Of a DNA stretch of 64,000 nucleotides, positions 51,801 to 62,042 are shown one piece after another (the stretch's first letter is position 1; each line of letters starts with the position of its first letter). This DNA is from Chlorokybus atmophyticus (lineage: Eukaryota; Plantae; Mesostigma and Chlorokybus algae). The DNA lies in contig RHPI01001259.1 of the NCBI GenBank assembly GCA_009103225.1, forward strand, positions 211,203 to 275,202. Direction: 5' to 3'. The position numbers and the translations under genes were made by a program. The notes under the pieces were generated by a model. It saw only the letters and a list, made by a program, of their open reading frames with translations, was not told the DNA's origin and searched no databases.

Positions 51801-53065
51801 CACACTTTAAGGCAATGAGCGCTTTTATCCATGATACGAGACAGCTGTCTCGGCCATACCGAATGTGTGCAACTCCTTTGTTAATCCAACAACTGCAAAA
51901 AATATTCATACATTAACTGGCTGCTTGCCTGTATGAGACGGTTGCTTCTTCGCACACTGAGTTCGTGCGTGAAAGGCAGCACGTGCGGCATCTCATCGGG
52001 ACTCGCCACCACGGGCGTGCCGGGCGGCGGCTCGTGTATTGCTGTTGTTGTTTCCGTTGATGTTGCTGTTGGCTGTGTTGTTGTAGCCATGGAGTCAATC
52101 AAAGCCTCAGACGCAGTATGGGTGAAGCGAGCCGCTATCAGTGGTGAAGCTCTGATTGTACTCGACACAGCCACCAGCCCTGTGAACGGGTGACAACTGA
52201 GTGAGTGCTTGATGGAGTATGACAGTTATATGGTGACAGTAAAGTTGAATTCTATAAGGATGTTAGCGATATGAGTGAGGACGTCAATAAAGCAGTGACA
52301 AGTGAATGCATGCATGAATGGCTGCGCGAGTGACTGAGTTGGTAAGTGAATGTGAGTGAACGCATTAGTGACATGAAAGAAGTAAGTGAGTGCGTAAGTG
52401 AGTGCACGAAGAGTGAATGAATGAATTGGTGAGTAAGAGCATGCACGCACGGCCAAACAAGTGAGCGTATCAATGAATGGGCGCACGCATACACTGTGGA
52501 TGGACGCTTAGATAGATGACTGAATGCATTGAGTGATGGATGACTGGCTTACACCCAACAGCTGCATGATTGAATGCATGCATGAATGATAGGCTTTACA
52601 CTGGGATGGACCGGGGAGTAAGTGGATAACCACATCAGTCACGATCAATCAACCAATTAAACACCGAATGCATGAAGAATATAAGTTTATTAAGTGCAGA
52701 GTTAAGTGAATGAAATGCTTGAAAGGATGAATTAGTGAATGAAATGGACGCTTGACCGACAAGCACATCGCATTCATGCATGACATGCAGGAAGCATCAG
52801 CCACAACCAACATCAGACTTGCAAGCAAGCATGTAAGCATCTCACTAGTAGGTGTTGTGGCAAGTGAAGCGCTCGGCCCCAGACAGCTCTTTCCCGAGGC
52901 AGAGGAGAAAGAAGCTGCTATGCCCTTATCCTCGTCACATTGCCTGTGCGGTAGCACAATGACACTGCCGCCGCCGCCTGCTCCTCCGCCTAGTGCTGCG
53001 TGGGAGGCAGCAGCAGCCCGCCTCAGCAGCCTCAAACGCCTCCCCAGCCCAGCTACCCCTTGCAT
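48832..53065 (-). CDS. Multi-exon double hot-dog acyl-CoA thioesterase (ACOT9-like), probable mitochondrial presequence
   Basis: YPFSS...DQYR..GTKYIRFGKILED, LAGDVAVRH, LVTAAVDHI, GQ|VTWVGNSSLEV, FVFVARDP, VPPTPEE and RNVHERVFGGHLMRIAYELAW...AVDDIAFIHPVSIGSILEF. Last exon TNNFSFAF...RRVMPDTYEEAILYVHG. Start MQGVAGLGRRLRLLRR is inferred. Confidence 0.88.
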
Positions 53066-53337
53066 GCAACACAGCCACTTCGCCTCTTTCACTGCGCCTC
53101 AACTGTCAACTCTCCTACTACCTCCTCGTCCTCCACCGCTGCCTCCTCCTCCGCCTGCGCCTCCTTTGTCGCCGCTGCCAAGCATGCACTTGTGCACAGT
53201 GAAATCTTAAGCTAAACTAAGCTAAGATCAAGCCTGGTCTGGTCTGGTGCAGTGTGGTCCAGCGCAGGCCGGTGGCGCAGGCGTAGGAGGAGGAAAGGGA
53301 GGAGGAGGAGGACGAAGAGGAGGGGCAGGCGGATGGT

Positions 53338-55126
53338 ATGAAGAAGTTCAGGGGCAACTTGCTTGTGCAGTGGGGTACGAAGATCATAGCGATAGGTAAG
53401 AACTACGCCAAGCATGTGGAGGAGATGGCAGCTCGAGGGGGAGGGCCAGGCCACAGCCCTGTCGCTGCGCCCCCTGCGGCGGCAGCAGGAGGCATGGACG
53501 GGCCGGTGGTGTTCCTGAAACCAACCTCGTCGTACATTAGAGAAGGCAGCAGCATTGAGATCCCGCCGCCCTTCAAGACAGTCGGTGAGAGACAAAAAGA
53601 CAGCTGGCCACTTGTGTGTACAACCAGCATAGATTTCAAACTTGAACTTACAGCTTGTGTGCATGCAAGATGCTTGACAACTATGCTGCTTGTGCTGTTG
53701 AGTGAGACAGCTGGCTTGGTTGTTGCTTGCTGTTTAGTTGGAGTGCTTGCGCCGAGAGCTGCTTGGCGCAGAAATTGCATGTTGAAAACGTGCCACCCTC
53801 TGCATTGGCCTGCTGTGAAGGAAGTATGCGCTAGGTTGCTGGTTTGCTTGGTTCCAGCTGTTAAAGTGAAACATGACTAATGCTTTAGGTAAAGCAAGAA
53901 GCTCCTTTTGCAATAATGCCTTGTAAGCGAAAACATGCAGTAACAACAATGTAGGTACGTCACAACTGACTTAACTATGTTGTCACTTGTGAGCAAGTCA
54001 CAGTTGCTGATGGGCGTGCATGACCTTTGCTCAGCTGTTCGAGGGGTTGTGTCGTTGTTGTGTTCCGATCCATCATTGAATGGAGTTATGAGGTGTGGAA
54101 GCGTGAGCGCAGATTACGAGGTGGAGTTGGCAGTGGTGCTTGGCAAGAAGGCGCGCGACATCCCGGCTTCAACCGCAATGTCGTACGTGGCGGGTTACGC
54201 TCTCGCTCTGGACATGACACAACGTGACCTGCAAGAGAAAGCCAAGGTGCACGCGTATGCGCGTGCATGTGCGTGCGCGTGCGTGCATGCGTGCGTGCGT
54301 GCGTGAGCGCGCACATACGCATGCACGCCAGTGGGGGGCATGTGCGTGTGCATCAGCGTGCATGTGTCATGAGGATGAAGTAGACAAAGTTGCTGCTTGA
54401 CACCATGCTGTGTGCGGCTCACATCAGTTGTGTGACAGAGGGAAGGTTTGCCCTGGACAAGAGCCAAAGGCTACGACACATTCACGCCAATCAGCGACTT
54501 TGTACGCAAATGTGTATTGAAGTTCGACTTGGTGGTGTCCTTATCACGTTACGGGTTTCCTAAAGTGTATATCAATGATGTTTTGGTTAACCATTGCTAA
54601 TCGGTTGTACCACAACACAGATTCACAGCAACCGTGTTCAAGACCCTCATGACTTGGAGCTTTGGCTGAAGGTACTGCTTTTATATTACAATCCTTCATT
54701 ATTTAACCTTGGTGAAGCTGTAATACCATGACTTTGTCGACTGATCTAAGCTGTGCCTGATAGGTTGATGGCCAGCTGAGGCAAAAAGCCAGCACGCGTG
54801 ACATGTTGTATAATATCCCCTCAATAGTCAGCCACGTGAGCCAGATAATGACTCTGCAAGAGGGAGACTTGATACTAACAGGTGCTACAGAAGTCATTCC
54901 ATGTGCACGTGTGTGTCCTAACTTGAACTTCAGCACGGCGTCGTGAGTTGCTACCAGGGGCAGTCATTGCAACTACTCTAATGCACCATGGTGGTCCTTC
55001 CCAGGTACTCCTGAAGGGGTGGGACCGGTGCATGCAGGGCAGACAATTACCGCGGGAATAACTGGGATTATGGAGATGGAGTTTCCAGTAATTGCACGCT
55101 CCTTAAACCATAGGGAAATGACGTAG
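53338..55126 (+). CDS. FAHD1: Multi-exon fumarylacetoacetate-hydrolase-domain protein (acylpyruvase/oxaloacetate decarboxylase FAHD1-like)
   Basis: KIIAIGKNYAKH, PVVFLKPTSS, YEVELAVVLGK, YVAGYALALDMTQRDLQ, PWTRAKGYDTFTPIS, LELWLK|VDGQLRQ, TLQEGDLILT|GTPEGVGPV. Confidence 0.92.
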
Positions 55127-56482
55127 TAAATTGATATTTATGTGCATAATTACGTGCAGCACACTTGATGTAGCATTGCATGTTGTTTGTAGATTGAATC
55201 ATATGAATGTTGCTAGGCGCTGTTTAGTTGTAGTTCAAGTTGTATGGGGTTGATTGGCTGCTCATGGAGTCATTGAGCATGAATATCCATAGGCTTTGAA
55301 TCGGTTCTTGAGTCGTGCGAAGGCAAATGACTCAGAATTTGTACGAATGTGTGAGTACCTACATTGGCCATGGCAGGTGTAGGCACTAGTTAGGTTCAAC
55401 AATTAGAATCCACACTATCACCGCATGTGTTTTGTGAGTCCAGCAATGCTATATTTGCTAGCTTGCACTTTGTCATGTTTGAAACTTCTACACATACCGG
55501 TAGTGTATACACTGGTGTACATGATGGACTTTGGCCACTTGAACACATACTACGCACAAAATACGCAACCCCAAGACTTGCATCTACAAGTACGTTTATG
55601 CGCTGCCATGTTTTGCGTAATGTGGTTTGCATGTTGATAGCCCATATAAGGTCACAAGAGAATATGTTCTACCATATGCCTTGTATAGCTCAACATGGCA
55701 TGCCGTATGATTATAATCACCGAAAGCATGCATACATTTATATGCATCAAAACGTACAATGGCAAAGTTTGCAGTGACGACACAACGACGGCGTTGGCCT
55801 ATGTATGTATAGAGTATAGATTGTGATATATCATGCATGCATAAACATGTGTGCAAGCGTAAAGATGCAAGGCAAGCAGGTTAGGCACATTAAGTAGATG
55901 CAGTTTATATTACAAGTGTAGAATCAAAAGTTCGTAATGTCGCAATAATAAGTAGGCGTGAGGGACATCATGCTTAATAGCCTTGTAAGGCAGGTAATAC
56001 ACTATTATGCACGGGACCTATTAAACAACGGCATTGCTTTATCGACGATAATAGACATTTAAGCAGATGCGGTAACGGGATATAAAGTAGACTATAGACA
56101 TTGAAATGCATGATCCTTCGGCAACATCACCACTTCAAGGCGTAACATGGCGAGGAGATACAACTGAGGTAGCAGCTGTTAAGTTGAGCGAAAACGTCAT
56201 GATACATTATGATAAACATTAAAATCCGAAAGAACCCAACTACTATTGCTTTGTTTATGCTACTACAGCAGCATACCAAATTGGTATTACTTCAGGAGAT
56301 TAGTGATAGGTCTTCAGGGAAACCAGTCATGTTACTATACTGTGATTATGCTTTCACGTGACAGCATAATCACATACTCTCGTGCATAAGAGTACCTATG
56401 CATGGAGCCGTCGTCCAGCTTCCCGCAAAAAGCATGCTCGCATGCTTGCAGCGGACAGATGCTCTTTACCATCTGCTGCACA

Positions 56483-56485
<3 letters not shown>

Positions 56486-56529
<44 letters not shown>
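56486..56529. repeat. (GT)22 microsatellite
   Basis: Perfect dinucleotide run. Confidence 0.95.
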
Positions 56530-56530
<1 letters not shown>

Positions 56531-56871
56531 GCGGCGGCGACGACGCCGGCGACAGCAACAGCGACGACAAGGTCATTCTGCTTCATGAAAGCGTCTTTTA
56601 CGTGCGACACTGCTATTGCGTGTGGAGGCTAAGCTAACTCTGAGGCCAATGAGGCGCTTGGAGCTTGGGGGCCTAGTGCATACCTAGTACATAAGCATTG
56701 TCTGCCTGGCATGAGGACTTGAGCTTGTGGCGCCTGGTCCCCCTAAGATTATAGTTGAAGGCGGCAAGCGCTGTGTGGACAAGCAAGCCGGTGTAAAGCT
56801 TGTTTGTGTATTGTGTGTGCAAGGCTCCATCCTGCGTTGTAAAGCTCTACCCTTTGCTGCTGCTGCTAGCC

Positions 56872-57651
56872 ATGGCTTCCAGACAAGCCAGCAGTGTAGC
56901 AAGCACTGGAGGAAGCACGAACAACAACAACAACAGCAGCATTAATGCCAACAACAAGGGCGTAGCGATCATCAAGCTAGAGCTGATAGGCGCCGATGGT
57001 GCCGACGCTATATGGCGCCTGATGGAGGTGCCGTCCAACATCTCGCTGCCTTCTTTGCATAAAGTCATTCAGAGGTAAGCACGTGACAGCATGCTTATCA
57101 CATACACACCACCCATGCATACACACGCACACGCACATGCAAAAACTCGCGCTTCCCGCGCACTCGTACTCGCATGCGCATAGGAACGTACACGCCCGAG
57201 CACATACAAAAGCACAAGCAATTACACGTGCGTGCAATTTCACACACAAACAACTTGCCCTATGCAAGGTGCATGAAATGGAGAGACTGCCACCTTCATA
57301 ATTTCGCCACGAGCTTGGAAGCGCCCGCGAACGAGCAGTTCACGGATATGATGCGCGGCTACCTGTGCACTGACGAGTTTTGACAAGCAGCAAGATGAGC
57401 GCTGCGCCGACCTCGCAAGCTTCCTCTCCGCTCCCGGCAATGAGCTAGTGTACGTGTACGACTACGAGGACGACTGGCAGGGTCGTGTGTCCGCCATTGG
57501 CTTCGCACCCACACGTCCACCAATCCAACGCGCCCGCTGCCTTGGTGGCTCCCCGTCGCAATATGTTTTCCCTGCCGGCCGACTAAATAATGGCAACGGC
57601 CGTGCACCTGAGGACGCTAATTTATACTGTCGTGGCTCAGGCCACCTGTAA
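56872..57651 (+). pseudogene. Plasmid pRiA4b ORF-3-like (MM3350-like / IS1096 passenger TnpR) domain gene with one intron (57075-57268) and a +1 frameshift at ~57378-57381
   Basis: IIKLEL....AIWRLMEVPSNISLPSLHKVIQR|CMKWRDCHLHNF matches the family pattern IWRR..VP..ITL..LH.VIQ..MGW...HLH.F. In the +1 frame DERCADLASFL...ELVYVYDYEDDW, RCLGG and PED follow. Confidence 0.72.
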
Positions 57652-57720
57652 TCTTGATACAGGGACCTGATAGTAACTTTCGTTACTCTAAGGCCCTTTT
57701 TGTTACAATTTAGTCTTTAA

Positions 57721-58030
57721 CAGTTGACTATGCCTAACTAACAGGCGCCTGTTAGTTACCTATCAGGCCTTAACAGGTGACTTTATATAATTTACAGGCA
57801 CCTGTTAGTCACACACCAGGCCTTAACAAATGACTTGGTGTAATTTACAGGCAACTGTTAATTACACATCAGGCCTTATTAGGTGACTACAACTAATCAA
57901 CGGGCACCTGTAAGTTACACATCAGTCTTACCTAGGTGACTTAGCCTATGTGACAGGCACCTGCAGGTTACACACCAGTCCAGCGCAGGCGCCTAAGCCT
58001 AATTCACAAGCACCAACTAGGTAATTATCG
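57721..58030. repeat. Tandem array of ~5.5 diverged 53-bp units with palindromic cores
   Basis: Units start at 57721, 57774, 57827, 57880, 57933 and 57986. Unit 1 contains the perfect 24-bp palindrome TAACTAACAGGCGCCTGTTAGTTA (57735-57758). Confidence 0.9.
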
Positions 58031-58374
58031 ACAAAATAAGGCATTCTTTAACAACTGAAGGTGACCAATGCCTAACGGTCGTCATATGTATTTGCATAGC
58101 TTGACTACACGCGACTGTCATTGACTTCCAGCATTGTTATGTGCCTGTGCTGTGTACATGTACCTAAAATGTGTACAGTGTCTCTCAGTCACTTGCCAAG
58201 GCTTGTAGTTCGATTATGTGACTCGAATGCAGTTCTGTTGTATATCATAGGGATGCAAGTACTGATGTGCATGAGCATAATGACGATTGACTGAGCTGGT
58301 TTAAGATGCACAACACTCAGTCACAAGAGCCTTGTAGCTATGTACACTACCAGCTAAACGGACTACCAACTGCG

Positions 58375-60201
58375 CTACAGCTCCTCTCCATCATCGCTGG
58401 TCTCGTCATTACGGAACAAAGCACCACGCGCTGGGGCCTGTGGAGGAGACGCCGGAGCTTGCTCTTCCTCCTCAAACGGTTGTGCCAGCCAATCAAATGC
58501 CGCTTCTGCCTCAGCGAGCGGGTCACGAGCTGCTGTCTCTTGCGGCCGGCGCCGATTGGGATCTTTCAGGTATTCGACACAAGATGCAGTGCGGCGTTTC
58601 ACAAGGGTGAATGGCTGGAGGGCTGCGTACCGTTGCCTCATCTCCCGCTTCATTGACATGATCATGGTGTTGATTTCGCTGAGGTACTCTTCATGTGTGT
58701 CTATGCTGGCAGCTAGGAGAGGGTCTCCATCCTTGCCCTTTAGGATGCGCTCCACCTGCGTAGTTTACAGGCATGTCTTAGTGGCATCGAAAGCCACTAT
58801 TCACTGCAACGCGTTTGCAAGCCTGTAGTTTGGGGCTACATCGTTCCTGAATTGCTAATGATGGAGTTCAGAGTGCTCACCGTAAGCAACAGGTATGCGA
58901 GGTGGTTGACTGTCAGCTGCCGGCGACCAGGTGTAGTGACGGCGTAAGACCAGCATTGCACGATCATTTGCCAGATTATGGGATTGCCCCATTCATGGAT
59001 GTATCTCCTCCGCTCCGGGTCTGCAGTGTCGGTCACCTCAAATCTCCGCCATGACTTGTCTGCGACAGTCATACCGACAAGGCATTAGTCACGAAATAGA
59101 TAGTTCAAGTTGAGCCTGCACCAGGCTAGAATAGTGCCTGTGACTTACTTTGGAGCGCGTTGCGCATCTGGGCTTTTTGGGTCTCGGGGTCCATTAGGGC
59201 GTCGATGTGCCTGATTGAATCGGTTACAATAGGCGAGATGAGTACGTGTGTATGGAGGCTGAGTAAGAAGGCAGTGTTGCATAGCAGACATGGTGGTGAG
59301 GGACCCAACTCACTTGCGCTTGTTGCTGTTAAACAGTGTCCACTTGTACTCCTTCTCAAGGACATGCTTGATCTTGGTGACGTTCTCAGACCGGACCTGC
59401 GTAGCTTTCTTCAGGGCGACACTCCAGTGGAAGGGGCACTCCTTGGGAGTCCAGTACACCTCATAGAACTTGGCCGCATCGGCCTCGTCGTCATGGTCGA
59501 AGCCAACTACCTGTCACGGGCAGGTTGGTCAGTGTCACGGTGCAGTGCGGTCATGCAGCATTCACAGCACCTGACACATGACGTTACGAATAGTGTCCTC
59601 CTTGGGATAAATGTGGCTCTTTACCCAGTGGCCGTTTATGATTTCGACGACGGCATCGCGCAAATGCTGTCCACAGAAGAACAATCCGTTACACACATAC
59701 ACACAGTGTCACAGTGTCACACAGTGCTTACCTCGTTGCCAATCTTCCACTTGCTTGGGGAAGGGTTGCTGACGGCCGAGGTTGCCACGTCACGGCCAAA
59801 TGCGTTTGGGTTGGGGTTCCAATCGACCCTCTGCAAGCACAACCACATGAGTCATGCTGCCAGCCATGAAAGATGCAACCCTCCTAGTTGCAAAAGAAGA
59901 ACAACGTGCACAGTGTATCCAGAACGCATGCAGTGAGTCACTGTGCTAGTCATGATAGAAGAAAGCATCCAAGTTAGAAGTTGAGCAAGAAGCAACGTGC
60001 ACATTGCATCAAGAACGCATGCAGTCTAGCTTGCCCTTGCGACTGCGGTGTCAGGTGGAGTTGTTGTGATGTGCTGGGCGTTAGCGCAGGGTCTTGCTGC
60101 GATTGGTTGACGACGGTTGCCTGGTTGAACACTGGGGGCAATGTGGACAACTGGCGCCGACCTCCACGACGAGGTGCACTTACGGATGGACCACGAGGCA
60201 T
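58375..60201 (-). CDS. Multi-exon hypothetical alpha-helical protein, tentatively DUF6532-like
   Basis: Six frame-compatible GT-AG exons reconstructed: ...KWKIGNE|HLRDAVV...NVMCQ|VVGF...KATQVRSENVTKIKHVLEKEYKW...RK|HIDALM...ALQ|NKSW...WGNPIIWQMIVQCWS...HLAYLLLT|VERILKG...EYLSEINTMI...DDGEEL*. Family assignment is from remembered pattern only. Confidence 0.6.
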
Positions 60202-60241
60202 CTCTCCAACTGATAGTCGGGTGCCGCCTGTTTAGCTGTAA

Positions 60242-61559
60242 GTGGCGCTGCCGCCTCCAACGCTGCCGCCGCNCGTGGAGGAACGGGAGGCAACCAACAA
60301 GCGCAAGGCTGTGGAGCAAGAAGATAACGCCTTACCTCCTCTGAGTGACAGTGCCACGGAGAGCGCCTGCCAGGATGTGCAGGGTGACCAAAAAAAAAAG
60401 AAGAAGGTTGTTGGAACAAAGGACGCTGACAGGACCAAAAAAGGAAAAGTGAGGCATCGTTACAACATTAGAAGAAGCACAGCGCCTTGAAGCCTCACTG
60501 GGGCTGACTGTGTGTCCTGAGTAGGCACAGGCGGGTTTACAGCGTCAAGTGGCTGCTCAGCATCGTCCAGAGAGACAGCCGGTGCGGCACGAGCTGCCTA
60601 AGCTCAAAGCACCGACGCGCAGACGCTTTGGGGGGCTGACTTGTAGTGCAAAGGAGTTGATCACCCTACAGTACGCCCAAGACGCGCTGCATCGCCGCAT
60701 GCGGCATGCCTCGAGGTGGGTGACGAAAGTTTGCAATAAGTGGGAGCAAACGCAGAGAATGCGGTCTAAACAGACTTCTGGGGATTGGCCGTGGTTGGAA
60801 CCCATATATGATATGGCCATCCGTAGTACGTTGTTGCCCCTCGCCGTCCTCGATATGATGGTGTTGTTGCTGCCGCAGCACCCCGGCAATGTGCAAGAGC
60901 TATCTGCGGAGCAGAACTTCGACCTGCTGCAGCAGATGTACCTGTCGATGTCGACTAATGCGGGTCGAGATGTGTGCCACTACCTGAGCAAACATACTGG
61001 GTGGCAAGTAAAACCATTCGAGCTGTACTTGGCATGCTTTGGCTGGCAGTGGCTGTATGTCATACGGCACGTCGAGCTGATTCTGTGGAAGCTCGAAGAA
61101 AATGACGATGCGGGGGAGTACACGAGTGACGACAGCCATGTCGAGGGCCTGGATGAACGCATGCTGGACGAGACCACCAAGACCAGCAGGTGGTGTATGG
61201 CGGCAGATGGGCGTCAGGTGATCGAGCAGGCAGTGGAGCGTTATGCTGCGCCATTCAGATGGGAGTCGCTACGCCTGCGACGCGATAACAGAGTTTGGTG
61301 GCAGAGGCAGCTTGCACACCCGCGTGCACCATGTGTGCTGATTTGTCGCATTGAAGAGCCACCCCCCCCAGCGGATGGGGAGACGCCCTGTTGCAAGAAA
61401 GCGATGTGCCATGTCTGCATCATAGCACATCAGAAGACTGTGGCAAATAAATCAAAGAATCTACAAGCGTGTCCATTCTGCAAGCAACCTCACCCGTTTT
61501 GGTCGCCACGCCTGATGCAAGACGCCAACGTGTCGGCGGTGATTTGGCCCCCGCCTTGA
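60242..61559 (+). CDS. Two-exon (or more) protein with basic NLS-like N-terminus and C-terminal RING-like zinc finger
   Basis: Exon ...KKKKK...RTKKGK|GTGAG spliced in phase 0 to CAG|RQVAAQHRPE. C-terminus CVLIC-x-PCCKKAMCHVC-x-CPFC. The true start is unclear, and there is an N at 60273. Confidence 0.6.
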
Positions 61560-61950
61560 TGCCAATTGTGCATGTATTGTAGTTTTGTGTTGGCTTCCTG
61601 TGAACCATGTAGGTACATGTATAGTTGCAGCATGGTGCATGGTGCACCAGAGATCTGCTGTTGTTAGAAGCATTGGCTGTACATGTGTATGATGACTGCC
61701 CGGCGCATGAGTCAGTGCATGGCTTGCATACCTCGCTGGTTTAGAGCGTGGTTGACAGCAACAAACTCGGACAGCGCTCTGGGTTCCATGGCATGACAGC
61801 ACAGTATTACTCTACGATCGTGGTAGTATGCGAGTATCCTTGTACTGTAGTACCATTAACAGATAGAGTACCATTCATGTTGATGTAGTACCATGCATGG
61901 TACTGCAATAGCGTATAAGGTACAGTCGTGCTTCACTTGAAGTTTGACCC

Positions 61951-61998
61951 ATTTAGGGTTCGTAAGCTGGCAACCCTAAATTGATGCCCATACCCTAA
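61951..61998. promoter_or_regulatory. Telomere-repeat-like inverted repeat / telo-box cluster immediately upstream of the DNMT gene
   Basis: ATTTAGGGTT (61951-60) and AACCCTAAAT (61972-81) form a perfect 10-bp inverted repeat. A third ACCCTAAA follows ~10 nt later. Confidence 0.5.
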
Positions 61999-62042
61999 AG
62001 TCTCGCTCAGTTTGTGGGCAGCCGTGCCGATTCCTATTTTGC

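Noticed and set aside
55130-56480. AT-richer segment as a transposon remnant or organellar insertion
   Set aside because: No ORF, terminal repeat or recognisable organellar/RNA gene found by eye.
57721-58030. CRISPR array (palindromic repeat with regular spacing)
   Set aside because: The sequences between palindromes are homologous to each other rather than unique spacers, no cas genes are present, and the context is eukaryotic.
59160-59936. 258-aa plus-strand ORF
   Set aside because: Antisense shadow of the spliced minus-strand gene, whose exons have consistent GT-AG sites and phases.
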